Shown: piece after piece, positions 22,401 through 33,400 of the stretch | Layout: the number at the start of each line of letters is the position of its first letter | Numbering within the stretch: position 1 is the first letter of the stretch | NCBI GenBank assembly: GCA_905178155.1 | Contig: CAJINV010000007.1 | Location: forward strand, 1,124,627-1,188,626 | DNA: 64,000 nt | Direction of reading: 5' to 3' | DNA from: Amoebophrya sp. A120 | Taxonomy: Eukaryota > Protista > Dinoflagellata | Made by a program: the position numbers and the translations under genes | Notes under the pieces: model-generated | Databases searched by the model: none | The model's input: only the letters and a program-made list of their open reading frames with translations | Told to the model about the DNA's origin: nothing

Positions 22401-23371
22401 AGCTTCTCGTTCTTGACCGTCTGCTTATCATGATCTGCAGGGCTAGGCGGAGAAGATGAGGATGAAGCAGTTTCTTTTTCAGACGGAGCAACAGTACCGC
22501 CCAGGGAGCTCGTAGTAATGCAAGTTGTGGAGCCAGGAGCTGCAGCGGCACTGGACGAAGCCGCGCTACTGCTACAGCTGCCGCCGTTTGATCTTCTGCT
22601 CTTCGTGGTCCTCCCAAGAAATAAGCGAGCGTCAATAGTGCCTTCTTCTTCGGAAGCTTCTGCACTGACTGCCTTCATCTCGAGAAACGGCCTCTTTTTC
22701 GGCCCGGGGGGAACCACAGCTTCTTCTACTGGTGCAGCATCAGCAACTGGATGATATAGATCGGGAACATCAATTTTTTCTACTGCTGCGTCTGCTATTT
22801 TCTTTGCCAAGTCGTCGATAGTACTTTTGAAAGAACCTCCGGGATTGGTCGTGGAGCTACTGCTACTAGTACAAAAACCTCTGGGCAGTTGTGTTACTGA
22901 AGTAGCGTCGCTTCTGTCCAGGTCACGCCACATCTGTGCCAGCTGGTCTTCCATTTTCCGGTCAACCACCTTCAATTGCTCGAACATGAGTTTGTTGTTG
23001 TTCGCTGGAATCTCGGCAATGGATGGAGCATCTACTCCTAAGGTTTTTTCGTGGAAGTCAGACCTCGCCCCAGCGACCGGAAGGAGTTTCCTTCTTTTAC
23101 TTTTTTGTGAATTGCTGAGAGCACCTGCAACATCGTCATGCGTTTTCTCCTCAGAGCTCCCGCTCGTCCACGGCTCTGATCTGCTTCCGAGGATCTTGTG
23201 CTCGTTTACCACGTCGGTTGCGCTTTGTCCTTGTTTGTTCTCGTCGTTGCGTGCGTTCGCGAAAAGCGCTGCAGCTCTTACGCCACAACTTGCGCTGTTG
23301 ACTAAAAATGTTGTTGCACACAACGCGACGAGACGCAGCCAGGCGCATGATAGTCTGAGCTGGTGCGGCAT
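19457..23371 (-). CDS. hypothetical secreted low-complexity protein (1304 aa)
   Basis: long uninterrupted ORF with hydrophobic N-terminal leader and coiled-coil segments. Confidence 0.75.
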   Translation of the reverse strand: MPHQLRLSCAWLRLVALCATTFLVNSASCGVRAAALFANARNDENKQGQSATDVVNEHKILGSRSEPWTSGSSEEKTHDDVAGALSNSQKSKRRKLLPVAGARSDFHEKTLGVDAPSIAEIPANNNKLMFEQLKVVDRKMEDQLAQMWRDLDRSDATSVTQLPRGFCTSSSSSTTNPGGSFKSTIDDLAKKIADAAVEKIDVPDLYHPVADAAPVEEAVVPPGPKKRPFLEMKAVSAEASEEEGTIDARLFLGRTTKSRRSNGGSCSSSAASSSAAAAPGSTTCITTSSLGGTVAPSEKETASSSSSPPSPADHDKQTVKNEKLQEQSDELPYLVLDSSPLQLQGEAVELLQYPPPQQKEGDAFAARNKARAVQLDTLVKNYADQFLPVPQAQFISPTISPPSTTSDENGSTRTTPRASTVGNYQDENTSAFSGLTKKKIVQAVLDGFDRMFWKNEKETLRTLTLSRIPETDKQLARAQEDLRNLKIEQMRAERKMKKRLALNSCKRRFVDTVIGGSSGGTAPASRESFAVEGRRGGAPSSSGVQRNPGSCDEPNPEQSRSGPPQNNKRKRFSTWSSLPDITILELQKMGAVFSGLLPNAELLPAQVGPRQVLGVPPAPARRYSTPKLHEEGGTGTSTSSGAVFYSSRIDAQERLLVQLEAKKKSIETEKRRIEEGLKLLNPLGARVCQVYLQPGRFWKMCEKSVDREGVLEPCRDFVTTCLELGFWKDFEWNDAEVDEKQQQGAADKKVEQRKVQAQDGSEVDEGAGEEEPARKKRRTFDEINDAGAGSSSESSSTSSIVGQVLEQEHDDEAAAAIKDVELHKNPVLQPMDTTMTDEEDSGAIKKTASNYTAPNLIFGPSGRVQTGKAPGKAEPEDPPFSASATTAGGGNATGKRNPVKQNARKHLWETIFLRTLKLRIRLLKDFAETDAVSLVNWQDVAENHSGKFPDADERRHAQQVLERLSSSSSVAGAATSTEHAAAERSGPKEDTTGALEGDKLMMQTEHEQTVPTPVEKDAVDLASPSASDPQADICRSLLPKGPGTTLPDLLVFARKKYRERPQPATTGSVHFPSTGASSTTEPTIYHVASPAAVVDPAPSLSKNNWQTEKRNRGTNELDALERLLEDFSCEKDAERPSFAGLRNRADDYFLGNTHLLQDPDAEAAGENLSKEWKSYQMHIPHERITYSIGLSGAGDLPWWYRREDSFAAVTPDEEEKRQKAEQEKRSKLEQESGEKFVADYEFEPREFPNKFGGGPVEKMEAIPEATSGIFRAVGSLLRRPLWFDKRSGSKEENGKTVVKQLEVR

Positions 23372-24175
23372 CTTTGTGGTCTACCGATTATTTGGGACGA
23401 AATTTTTTCAAAATACGGCTTGCTGCGTGGAGGAGCTCTCTATTTACTTCATCTCAGAAAAAGAGTACTTACACACCTAGTGGACAAAGTTGTAAATTGG
23501 AAACTTCACTACAAAAAACGTACTGCAATACTTCACTACAAACAACTACAGTAGTCAAACCGCAAAGAAGTACCTGACTCGATACAAACGCGTGGATGTC
23601 TGTGATGTCCTAGAAAAGTAAGTAGGAGATCGTGAAAAATAGTAGTGATCTTCTCGTTATGCCCACGGATCGTGCAGCAAGAAATAGTTTTGTTTTCGAA
23701 CACGCTTGAAGCAGATCTCCTCACTCATGCAAAAGTTCGCACAGCAAGAAAATACTGCTGCCTTGTCTGTGGTCTTTCGGATTCTCATCCATATGCTCTG
23801 CGACTACGCATCATGGCGTGGGAATGTAGTAATAATCATCTGAATCTGTACCTGAAACAGTAAAAGTCAACTAAATAAACCGTACTGTCGTCGTGGAGAC
23901 TCATTTTCTGAACTATACTCGATGAACTTGAATCCTGTGTCTCGGGTTGTAGTTGAAATCAAGAATTTTATGGTCATGCCATATTACTATTGGATGAAAC
24001 TGAGACGTTTAGAATCGCAACTATGCCAAACACTTCTAGTGCGGAACGCTAACGCAGCAAGCTGTGGATTTCGATTTAGATTTCACAGTCATCATACAAT
24101 GTCTTCATCAGCCGCCACTTTCACTTTTATTTACGCGTTCCGTCGGAACAAGGCATCCAGGCATGATCCTGGTCC

Positions 24176-27100
24176 TCAATTGTAGTGCAGTGGAAACCCG
24201 TGCCCGTACCTCCACGCCTCCGGGTTTTCCACCGCCTTCCCCAGTGGAGCCACAATAGCTGCTTGCCGGTAGGACCCAATCTTCCACTTGGGCTTTGGGT
24301 CGGCCGCGATATTAGCTGCACTGGCTGCCGCTTTATTGGTTGTTGAGGCCACGGTCGTGGTAAGTTTGGCGGTCCGATTCTGCATGTATTCCCGCATAAT
24401 GGTCACCTTGTATAAGAAGTGTGGTTGAAGTTTCAGACTTTGCTTTGAACTGAACAGAGAACATGCTCCTTCAAACAAAAGCACCTCATGAACAGAGACA
24501 CAAAGGAATTTCAGTACACTACCTTCTCGTCCTTTGCGCTCAGTCTTTTTTCTACCTCATCACTGTCAAGGTTGGAGGTGGCGTAGCTCGCCGCCCGCTT
24601 CAACGAGGGAGAAAAATCCGGAACGCCCGCACGCGTCTCCCGTGGCTGCTGGCTGCTGTTTGTTTTGCTCGACGGTGAGTATTACAGTGAAAAGTGCCCC
24701 CCACCCCTGAAATTGCAAAAATTTGTGATGCGAAGTTTCCAAATGAAAACTTTTTGTCATGCATGAAAGGAGTATGAATCTTTCTGATGCAGCAGAGTTT
24801 AGGCGTGTATCGCATCGCTTGCATGACAAGCGCCGCTCTTGCTGGGGTCTTTTGCAATACAAATTTTTGCTATTCACGATTGGAAACCTGTGATGCTGAT
24901 AGGTGCAAGAGGGCGAATGTTTCATTTGCCAAGGTTTGCAATACAAATGCTCCCAAGTTCGGGGGTGGGGGCATTTTAATTTTTCATTGTAATAGTGAAC
25001 TGAATTTGTTCTTGTTTTCCGGACTGCTGCCCTGGAGATTCAGTGCGGCGACTAGCACTTGGTTTATCCCCGTGGGATATCAAAAGTAAAAATGTCTGGG
25101 TCTGGGAACTTGTGATGCTGGGTGGCGTCTCATGATGAGGCTACAAATGCTGGCTCAGCATGGCAAGTTTCTGAGCTCCTAGGTGTTGCCTATTCTGCAT
25201 GACAAACTGCGCTTCTGTATCACAGAAAAACGGAGCTCTTGGGTAACGTGCATGACAGATTTAAGAGTCATACCAGACAAGCATGACAAACATGAATTCT
25301 TCCAGACCCAGACATTTTTACAGTTGATATGGGACAAGTTGTCTTGAACGGGGAGGGACTGGAGGCAGAAGAACTACGGGCAGCAGGCGCGGTACTAGCG
25401 GAGGTACCACCGCGGCTAGTACTGTTGTTCCGAATAAACTCGTCATCGACTAGCGAATAAAACCCCGGCGACTGATGGTCTCGCACAGCAGCAGCAGCAG
25501 CAGTTCCAGTTGTCCTTGGGGTCGTCGCTACAATTGTTGTTCCGGTCTTGTTGTAGTTCCTTCGCGCGGACCACAGCACCTCACTCGGATCGTTGTCGTC
25601 GCCCTCCACCATGACTACGAGTTGGTACATTTTCTGCACGTATTTCTCTAATTTTGTTGTCAAGTGATCAACCTTCTCCACGCGCACTTCTTCAAAGGCC
25701 GTCGTGAGCAGGTCCCCGTACGTGGTTAGTTTCTGCAAATCCTCTACGATGCTAGCGTGTATGGAGATGTGGAAAAAAGGCGGCTATCTAGTGCTCTCCG
25801 GCGCGCCACAAAGCCTCATGCTCAAACTTCGACGTGAAGGTGAAAGACAGGGAGAAGGATGAAGATGAATTTAAATCTATCGCGTCGCATAAAACTACAC
25901 TCAGTGTAAATTAGGGCACGAGCACGACGATAATTTGCCGGAGCAATACAAGTTCGCTTTGCGTATGGCAGGGCACAAGAACCCATTTTTCTGCTGATAA
26001 AAGACTCCGCGATTTCACAGTCCATGCGGTCAATGCGTTCGCGGTGGCCAATGCTGTGATGTTTGGGTTTTTTGTGTTCTTCGTACGACCAGTATAGTGA
26101 AAGACCTTTTCTCGTCCAGGATGCTAATTTCCATTTTATCTCTTATACCAAAAATCGCTCCTACCGTGACTCCGTTCTTCTTTTCGGCAGTTCTCGTTCT
26201 ACTTCCAGCACCTTCTCTTTGAATGCCTGCATTTTCCCCCTCAGCAACTTGACGTAGTCCGGCAGAAACGCGCTTTCCTGCTCCTCTTCCTCCAACACGT
26301 CGATGAGTTTTTCCAAATTCCTCTTCTTCTCTCCCTTCTCCCCCACCCGGGTCCGACAGTGGAGCTTGGCCTCCTCGGCCCGCCGTTTGATTTGCGAGAG
26401 CTGCTTCAGCGCTTGCCCCACCAACCTCTTCTCGCTGGCCGACACTTGATCTACCGTCTTCTGGGCTTTCTTCAGGTGCAGCTTTTGCTGAATCAATCCA
26501 TCCTGGATCAGCCGGTCAAGTTATGCAAGCAGACAAATCACAATTTATGTGCTCATGATCAAGGTCAAAAAAATAATACATTTCTCATGCAAAAAAGTTG
26601 CCTAAAACGCAAGAGCTGTCTTGGTCTCCTTCCTTGCTACACGCAATAATTATGCACAACTTTCTATTCTACACAAGAAATTCACCGCGAAGCTGCAGCA
26701 CATGGTGATTTTCCATCGCGCACGAGTCGCTGGCACTCCAGTTCGTAATTGGATTTCTTGGCTTTGACCACCACCACCCTGGTGTTCTGGGTGCTGAAGG
26801 TCTTCCGCTTGTCCTTCTCGAAGATGTCCGTGGTATGCATTTTTGCCAATATGTGTCTAGGTCTGGAAGACTGCATGCTTGTTGTGATGCGTATTTTAGA
26901 TCACGCAAACATCTCTCATGTATGAACAGCAAAACTTGCCCACTTCTTGTCAGCAAAAGAGCGGATTAATTTGTCATGAGAGTTCGACATATCAGATACT
27001 GTCTCAACACAAATTCTGATGCTAGGCCCTGCATGCCAGACCTTCTGGGCCGGCGTGCATCACCAGCACAACAAGCATATTACGCACCCTTCCCGATGAT

Positions 27101-29628
27101 CCAGAGGACTTGTTTTCATTCGATACGTGGGCTTACTGTTCCACTCCGGCTGGAGCAGCGGTATTTTCGCCTTCTTCAGCTCCTCCCGGATTTCTTGGAT
27201 CTCCTCTTCGTCTTCGTCGAGCTGTTCTGGATTTTGATCATGAAGTTGTCCGACATCTTCATCTTCTACTTCTGCTTCCGTGTATGAACAAGAGCTGTCT
27301 GAAGATCTGCTGTGCGCAACTGTTACCGCAGAAGTTACCTGTGAACTACACTTATTGTGCGAGGCGCTCCTGCTTTCCGGACGAGCAGCATCTTCGGAGT
27401 TCTTGTTGTTCCACCCTATAATCTCGTCCTCTTCGTCCACCATTTTGGAGGGGTGGGTCTTGCGCACGACGGTGGCGGTGTCTACTCGCTTCGCCGGGGA
27501 CGCGATGCTCTCTAGGTCCATCGTCTCCAACTTCTGCAGAACTTCCGAACTGCTCGCGAGGAGGTTCTTGGCCTTTATTTTCTCTTGTTCAAGCAAAGAA
27601 CTCCGCTTCAGCATTTTCCCCGCGGAGGAGGAAAGTAGCGCGTCGTCGTCAGTGTCAGTGGCAGTGCCATTGCCCTCGTCCTGTGGGTCCTCGTAATAGG
27701 CGAGCACTGGCTGTTGCTGAGACGAGAAGCCGCTTTTTACAGTTTTCGTTGCATGCTGGCGGAATGAAACAACCCTGCTGCCAGTTTGGCTGGTGCCAGG
27801 ATGTTGATGGGTCGTGATGTAGTTCTTGCTACCCGTGGTCGAATTATACACATTGCTTGGAGGTGCGTTCCCGAGAATTTTCGTCGGATGGGGCCGTGTC
27901 TGGCTTTTCGAAGTAGCTCCATTGGAGGTCACGATTTTCATCGGGCGACAGCCTTGAGCTCCTGCCATGTTCAACATCTTGTCGCGGTGCTCCTGCATAC
28001 TAGATGTAGTTCTCGCGGACAACAGAGACTCAGTTGTCCGCTCCTGTCCACCCGGTTCTTGCGAGAGTACGTTATCAAATCTGCTCTCCTCGCGACTGGA
28101 GGGCACAGTGGTCGGCGGCCGTGAGCTGAACAGGCTGAGCGTAGTGCTGGCGTTCAATTTTGCGGCGTTCAAGTTGAGCCGCGGAATCGCAATCCCGATC
28201 GGTGGCGCGGCGCGGTTATTTTGCCGTGTAGTGATGACAGAAGCGGCTGAAACTACAGTAGTGGCTGTTCTTGCTGCAGCTACCGGCGGAGCGTGCTGGA
28301 CGGCAGCTTGTTGCTGCAACACCGCCGTCGTCGACCCGGTGTTAGTACTATTATCACGTCCTTCTCTGCTGGTACCACTTATTCTCGACGTCTCCTCATT
28401 GTGAAGAGAATTGCGGTCGTCAAAAAGTCCAGCCGGGTCGTTGCGGTGGTTCTTGCCACTAGTGCTTCTACCCGTGCAGCTTTCGCTGAAGCTGTTCGCT
28501 GTACTGCTGCTGCTGCCGCCGCGCGTTGCGGTGGTCCGACCTCCTGGTGCAGCAACGGGTCTTATTACAGCTGGCTCCAACCGCGCGCGCGCAGTGAGGT
28601 CTTTGTGCGTCAACCCGGCGGTCACCTGTAATGTATCAACTGCAAACATGTCTGGGCCCCCTGGAACAATGCCCGTATTTCTCATGCATGTCTTGTATCA
28701 CTCAGATTGGCAGCTTTGGCGTTCATGCAATACAGATTATATTTTGATGTGCGAGTTGATGTGCGATTCAGATTTATTAGCATGACAGGTTGCAGTGTTC
28801 TTCCAGAGGACCCAGACATATTATTTGCTCTTGATACAACTGCGGCATCGTCTGTAAGGCCGGGACCGCGACGACGCGGGGGGTCAAGCTAGTAGTTGCG
28901 AGACTGCCCAATTGCTGATGCGGCAACACGAAGTGCCCCGGCACGGACGCGGAGAGGTTCTGCGCGTGCTGTTGATGAAACAAAATAGGGCCCGCTGTCC
29001 CTGCGGCTGTCGCCGTTCCTAGGACCACAGGAGCAGCTCGGCGCGCGGACAAAAGAGCTTCCGCGGCGGAGGCAGTTTCTATTCCGGCAAGACCACGACC
29101 TTGTTTACTCGGCGCAACCGGCACCGAAGGAGTGCTAGAGTCGGAAGTAGTGAACAGAGTCTTCGCTACCTGGGAGGCGATCTCCGTTGTTTCCTCTACT
29201 TTTCGTTCCTCGCTCCTCTCCCGCTTCTCGCGCCCACTGCTGTCGTCCACAAGTCGCTTCACTTCGTGCGTCGCTTCGTTTTTACCCGGGGATTTTCTCG
29301 TCGTGATCTCGAAGTCGCCAACTACGCTACGCACCACCTCTTCCTCTCTCTGCGACACTGGTTCGTTTCCGTCGGCCGCACCGCGACCTGTTTCATCTAA
29401 GGCATGTTGTTGACCCGCGCTGCTTTTGGCAGGAAAAGGTTGCTGCTTGTCCATGGTCGGCTTCGAAGCGGATGTTGCGACAGAGGCTGAAGCGGTGCTC
29501 CGGGCGGTGAAAAGACCGCTACTTCTCGCCGAGGGTGGGTTCGTAGCACCAGGAACTGACGCCGAGTCGCGCTTGCTCTTAAACGACGCCGTAACCCACC
29601 TTGGCGCGGCAGAAAAGGGAAAGACCAT
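24176..29628 (-). CDS. multi-exon hypothetical protein (disordered N-terminus, coiled-coil C-terminal half)
   Basis: ORFs 28777..29628, 27060..28685, 26682..26876, 26161..26496, 25268..25738 and 24176..24484 join through five TIR introns (MPQL/QVTAG, SKPT/DIFEK, CQRL/DRLIQ, TCP/TGINQ, KFSS/PSSK) and two GT-AG introns. Confidence 0.7.
24680..24994. mobile_element. TIR introner, C-run family D, 315 bp
   Basis: tattacagtgaaaagtgccccccacccc ... ggggtgggggcattttaatttttcattgtaata; TSD gtgag/gtgaa; frame restored. Confidence 0.85.
25078..25329. mobile_element. TIR introner, family A, 252 bp
   Basis: tatcaaaagtaaaaatgtctgggtctgg ... ccagacccagacatttttacagttgata; perfect TSD tggga. Confidence 0.93.
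26522..26722. mobile_element. degenerate TIR introner, 201 bp
   Basis: weak inverted repeat (aaatcac..tgtgct); TSD caagt/cgagt; excision gives YELECQRLDRLIQDG; no usable AG acceptor. Confidence 0.6.
26834..27125. mobile_element. TIR introner, degenerate family A, 292 bp
   Basis: tatgcat...gtgtctaggtctggaaga ... ttcgata; perfect TSD cgtgg; frame restored. Confidence 0.8.
28634..28836. mobile_element. TIR introner, family A, 203 bp, TSD eroded
   Basis: tatcaactgcaaacatgtctggg ... cccagacatattatttgctcttgata; flanks taatg/caact; removing element plus 5 nt restores frame. Confidence 0.75.
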
Positions 29629-30490
29629 GCTCGTTTATGTATTTGTCACTGGAAAACTAAATCCACCAAATGTTCAAAAGACCAACACTTGTTGAAGACT
29701 ATGTGCATGTATACATCAAAAGTGGTACGACTCGTCGCGTTCGCGTATTTCTGTGCCTTTCGGTATTCAAGCAAAAAAAAAAAGGCCCAAGCAAGAATAA
29801 CGCTGTGAAAAAAAACATAAAGACAAACACGTAAAAAAACAAAACAACATCGACGTCTTCACGACAGTTCTAGTCGCAATCGTTTTCTTCTAAGTCAGAT
29901 TGAGATTCAAGTAAAGCTGCATAAAATCAAATTAATCGATTGATTCACGGATAAAAAAGAAAGCGGCGTCACCAGTCAAAGGGAGCACGAACGATTGGAT
30001 CACCAGTCTACACGATTCACTGAGAAATGGTCCAACGACGAGTAGTACTAACCTAGTAGCCCAACCACTACCAAAGAAAAAAAAACGACCGACGGAGCAC
30101 TGAGTTTGAGTTTTCCAGTTCGAAAGCAAAAAAAATCAAGTTCCAACGATGTTTTTCGCCGATTCCAAGTCAGTTCTTCGCAACACCTACCAGAAGATTG
30201 ACGTCGACATTGAAACACGACGGCACCGCTTCTTCTATCACTTCGCATCCTTCTGACAGACACTTTCACTTGTATCAGACAGAAGATAATCCATCACTAC
30301 AGAACACAATACTCCCGCGCAATGAGAAAAAACTCCCATAGGGTGACCAAAACAAAGAAGAGGCCGGATTGATAAATGCTTTTATATTTCCTGCGTGTGG
30401 CTTATCCGTACGTACATGGAAGTACAAATCCCGAGGATAATGATCTTTGTCCTGCATCATCAGAAAAGTTGTTGCTGTACACAACAGACA

Positions 30491-33400
30491 CTACTTTTTG
30501 TTCTTCTTGCCGCTTTTCCTCGATTTTTTGTTCCCTTTCTTCTTCACCTGCAGTTTCTTCGCTTTGTTGCCCCGCTCGGGCGCCTTCCCCGTGACGGCCT
30601 TGAAGGTAGAGACCGATTTCTGCTTGAATTTTTCCTTCATCAACCGCGGATTCAAAGCCACGTAGGCATACGGCTCGTGCTGTTGTGCGTATAAAATCAG
30701 CGTAATAGAATTTTTATTTTTTCAAATGCAAATTGAAATTTCTCATGAGTCGTCGATAAGCAGATTTTTGCAGTGAATTGTTGTGAGTGGTTCCATGCCG
30801 ATCAAACCATTCCAGTATTCCTATTGTTTATGTTGTTCGTTTGCCAATTTCGATTCGTAAACCATCAAGTACAACTCTGTACTGTCAAGCAACAATACTA
30901 CGGAGTGAGATGAGTTTTTTCCACATTGTCGCGACAGGAAAATCAAAACTAAATAAATCCGTCTTATACAACAAAAGAAAACACAAGCTAAGAGTGCTAC
31001 CTGTGCTCCCCGCGGTTTCGCGTCTCCCCGGGCCTTGCCCTTCGTTGGCGCGTAGTGGGTTACGCCGCGGACGGTGTGCTGCTTCTTGTCGCGCTTCTGC
31101 ACCAATTTCTTCAGCAAGCGCTTCTCGCGTTGCGCTTTCAGCACTGCGAGACCCTTCTTGGGCGTGTCCTGGAGGAGGTGGTTGATTGAGGAGAATATCA
31201 AGGATTTCATGATGCAGCTTTGGTTCTCGTCTCGAATGGGCGTGAAAAAACGTTGTAAGTTTTTCTTTACACAGCAGAAGCAGCAGGAAGGAAGTGAACG
31301 CCGGAAAAAAAATACCACCTTCAGAAAAGTACACAAACACAAAGACAAAAACCTCACAGTCAATACCTTTTTGTGTCCTGCCCCGCCGTCGTCTTCCCCG
31401 TCGCTGTCACTGGGTTCTTCCGCCACGAGCATTTTCCCGTCGGGTCGGAAGCTGACGCCCCGGTCGTCGTTCTTGGACGAGTCGGCCGTTGAACTGTCGC
31501 CCTTTTTCCTCCCCAAAGCGGATCCCGGCTTCGCGGCTCCGGCACCGGCAGCGCCACTGCTGCTCGCGGAAGCTGTGGTTGTGAACAAATTGTGCGCCAA
31601 CGATCGCAGGTCCGACAAGTCCAGAACCCCGTCCTGCGTGAAGCTCGGTAGCTGGCAATTCTTCCGGAAAATGGAATCTTTCCCCGCACTGAAAATACTG
31701 GTCTTCGTGCAGTCGGTCGCAGATGCTGTTTCCTTGTGCAGCCGTCTGGCGCGTTTGCGGTTTCCCGACTCGAACCCATCGTTGTCGCCTTGGTTTTCCC
31801 ACTTGTCAAGCAGGGAAGACACCGCGTCAGGGGCGTCTTCCCCCATCATATCCACATCGTCCTCGTCGTCAATTTCCCCGCCCCTCTGTCGCCTCTTCTT
31901 CCCGGATGAACTAGAAGATTTGGTCATATTCCTACCGGCTTTGTCGTTCGTCGTTGCGTCCGCAGCTTCGTCGTCGTCCTTAAAAAATTGCAAATACGAC
32001 TTCTTCACCTGCTCCGTCTTTTCCTCCTCGCGCGCCTGCAAATTCTTCCGCGCCCGCTTCTCCAGACCCTTGAGCACGTAGTCCAGCTGGGGCAGGTGCT
32101 TATGCGGGAAGGACTGGAAGTGGGTCGTGTAGAGGGGTTTTTTGAACGCTTACAATGAATTCCATTTCATCAAAGTCAAACCGGTCTTTAATATAGGGCT
32201 TGCTTCTACAACAAAAAAAACATCGATTCATCACAACATCAACTCAAACCTACGAAGCCGAACATATTGAAACCACATCTTTGCATTATTTTTAAGTTCG
32301 TACCTTTCGGAAAGTTTCAAGGTCCACCTCCTCGTCCTCGTCCTCCTCGTCCAGGTCTTCTTCCGCCGACATGTAGCACAACCGCTTCAGCAGTTTCTCC
32401 ACGATCCGTCGCTTCAGCAGGTTGCAGCTTTCCGAATTCGGGTTCGAGTAGATGTCGTGCAGGAACGAGCTCGTCAGGGCCGCCACCGGATTTTTCCCGT
32501 CCTGGTAGAAGATCGTCCGCCGTTTCAACACACTCACGGGCGCCACGTAGGTCATCACCTTTGCGAATTTCAACACGGACTTGAACACCTGCTTGTCCTT
32601 GTCCCGCAGCAGAATGAAGACCACCTCGCAGATCTGCTCCAGAATGTCGTCCTCCATGTCCTCCGCGTGCTCGTACAACAGCTTGGCCAGGGCCTCCACG
32701 CTTTGCGCCCGGGTGGCGACATCGGACGACGTCAGGTCCGCGCCCAGGGCGCCGATCAAGGGCATGCCCAGGTCGTTCTGCAGGCACGCCCGGTAGATCT
32801 TGAACAGCGCCTCCTCGGACAGGATCCGCACCTGCTTGTTCTTTCCCACGGTGTAGGAAAGCAGCTCGGAGATCAGAAACGACTGCTTGCTGTCCCCGTT
32901 GAGTTGTACTTGCAGGAAGTTCTTCTGCACTTCGGGCGAGACGAAGATGACCTTTTTGGCACTTGATTTTGCTGTTGAATGGTCCTCGAGACCCGCCTTC
33001 TTGCTGCCGTCCTCCTCATGCGACTCGTCGGATGAGTCCTCAGCTGTTGAAAAGTCGTCCTCGTCCTCCTCTTCCTCCTGAAAGATCATTTTCAGAAAGC
33101 TCAGGATCGCCTTCAGTCGACTCTTGAAGGCGCCCTCCTCGGTGGCCAGGCGGCTGCTGTTCAGAATGCTCCAGTACTTGTCCAGCATATTCTCCGACAC
33201 TTCTTCCACCATTCGGTGTTCGAACACGCACTTCACCCCCTTGTAACACGCCCGCTGCACGGACCCCGCGGCCCGGCGCCCCGACTCCAACCCCATGGTG
33301 GTCTCGAAGGCCTTCAGCGCAACTTCCAGTTTGTCCGTCGGCAGGTTCGGGACCAGCAGGGCGCACAGCTCGCAAACGTACGCCAGTTCGTTCTCCAGCA

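Noticed and set aside
31074-32081. Long plus-strand ORFs (e.g. 31074..32081, 7261..7965, 48434..49150)
   Set aside because: Antisense shadows of GC3-rich minus-strand exons
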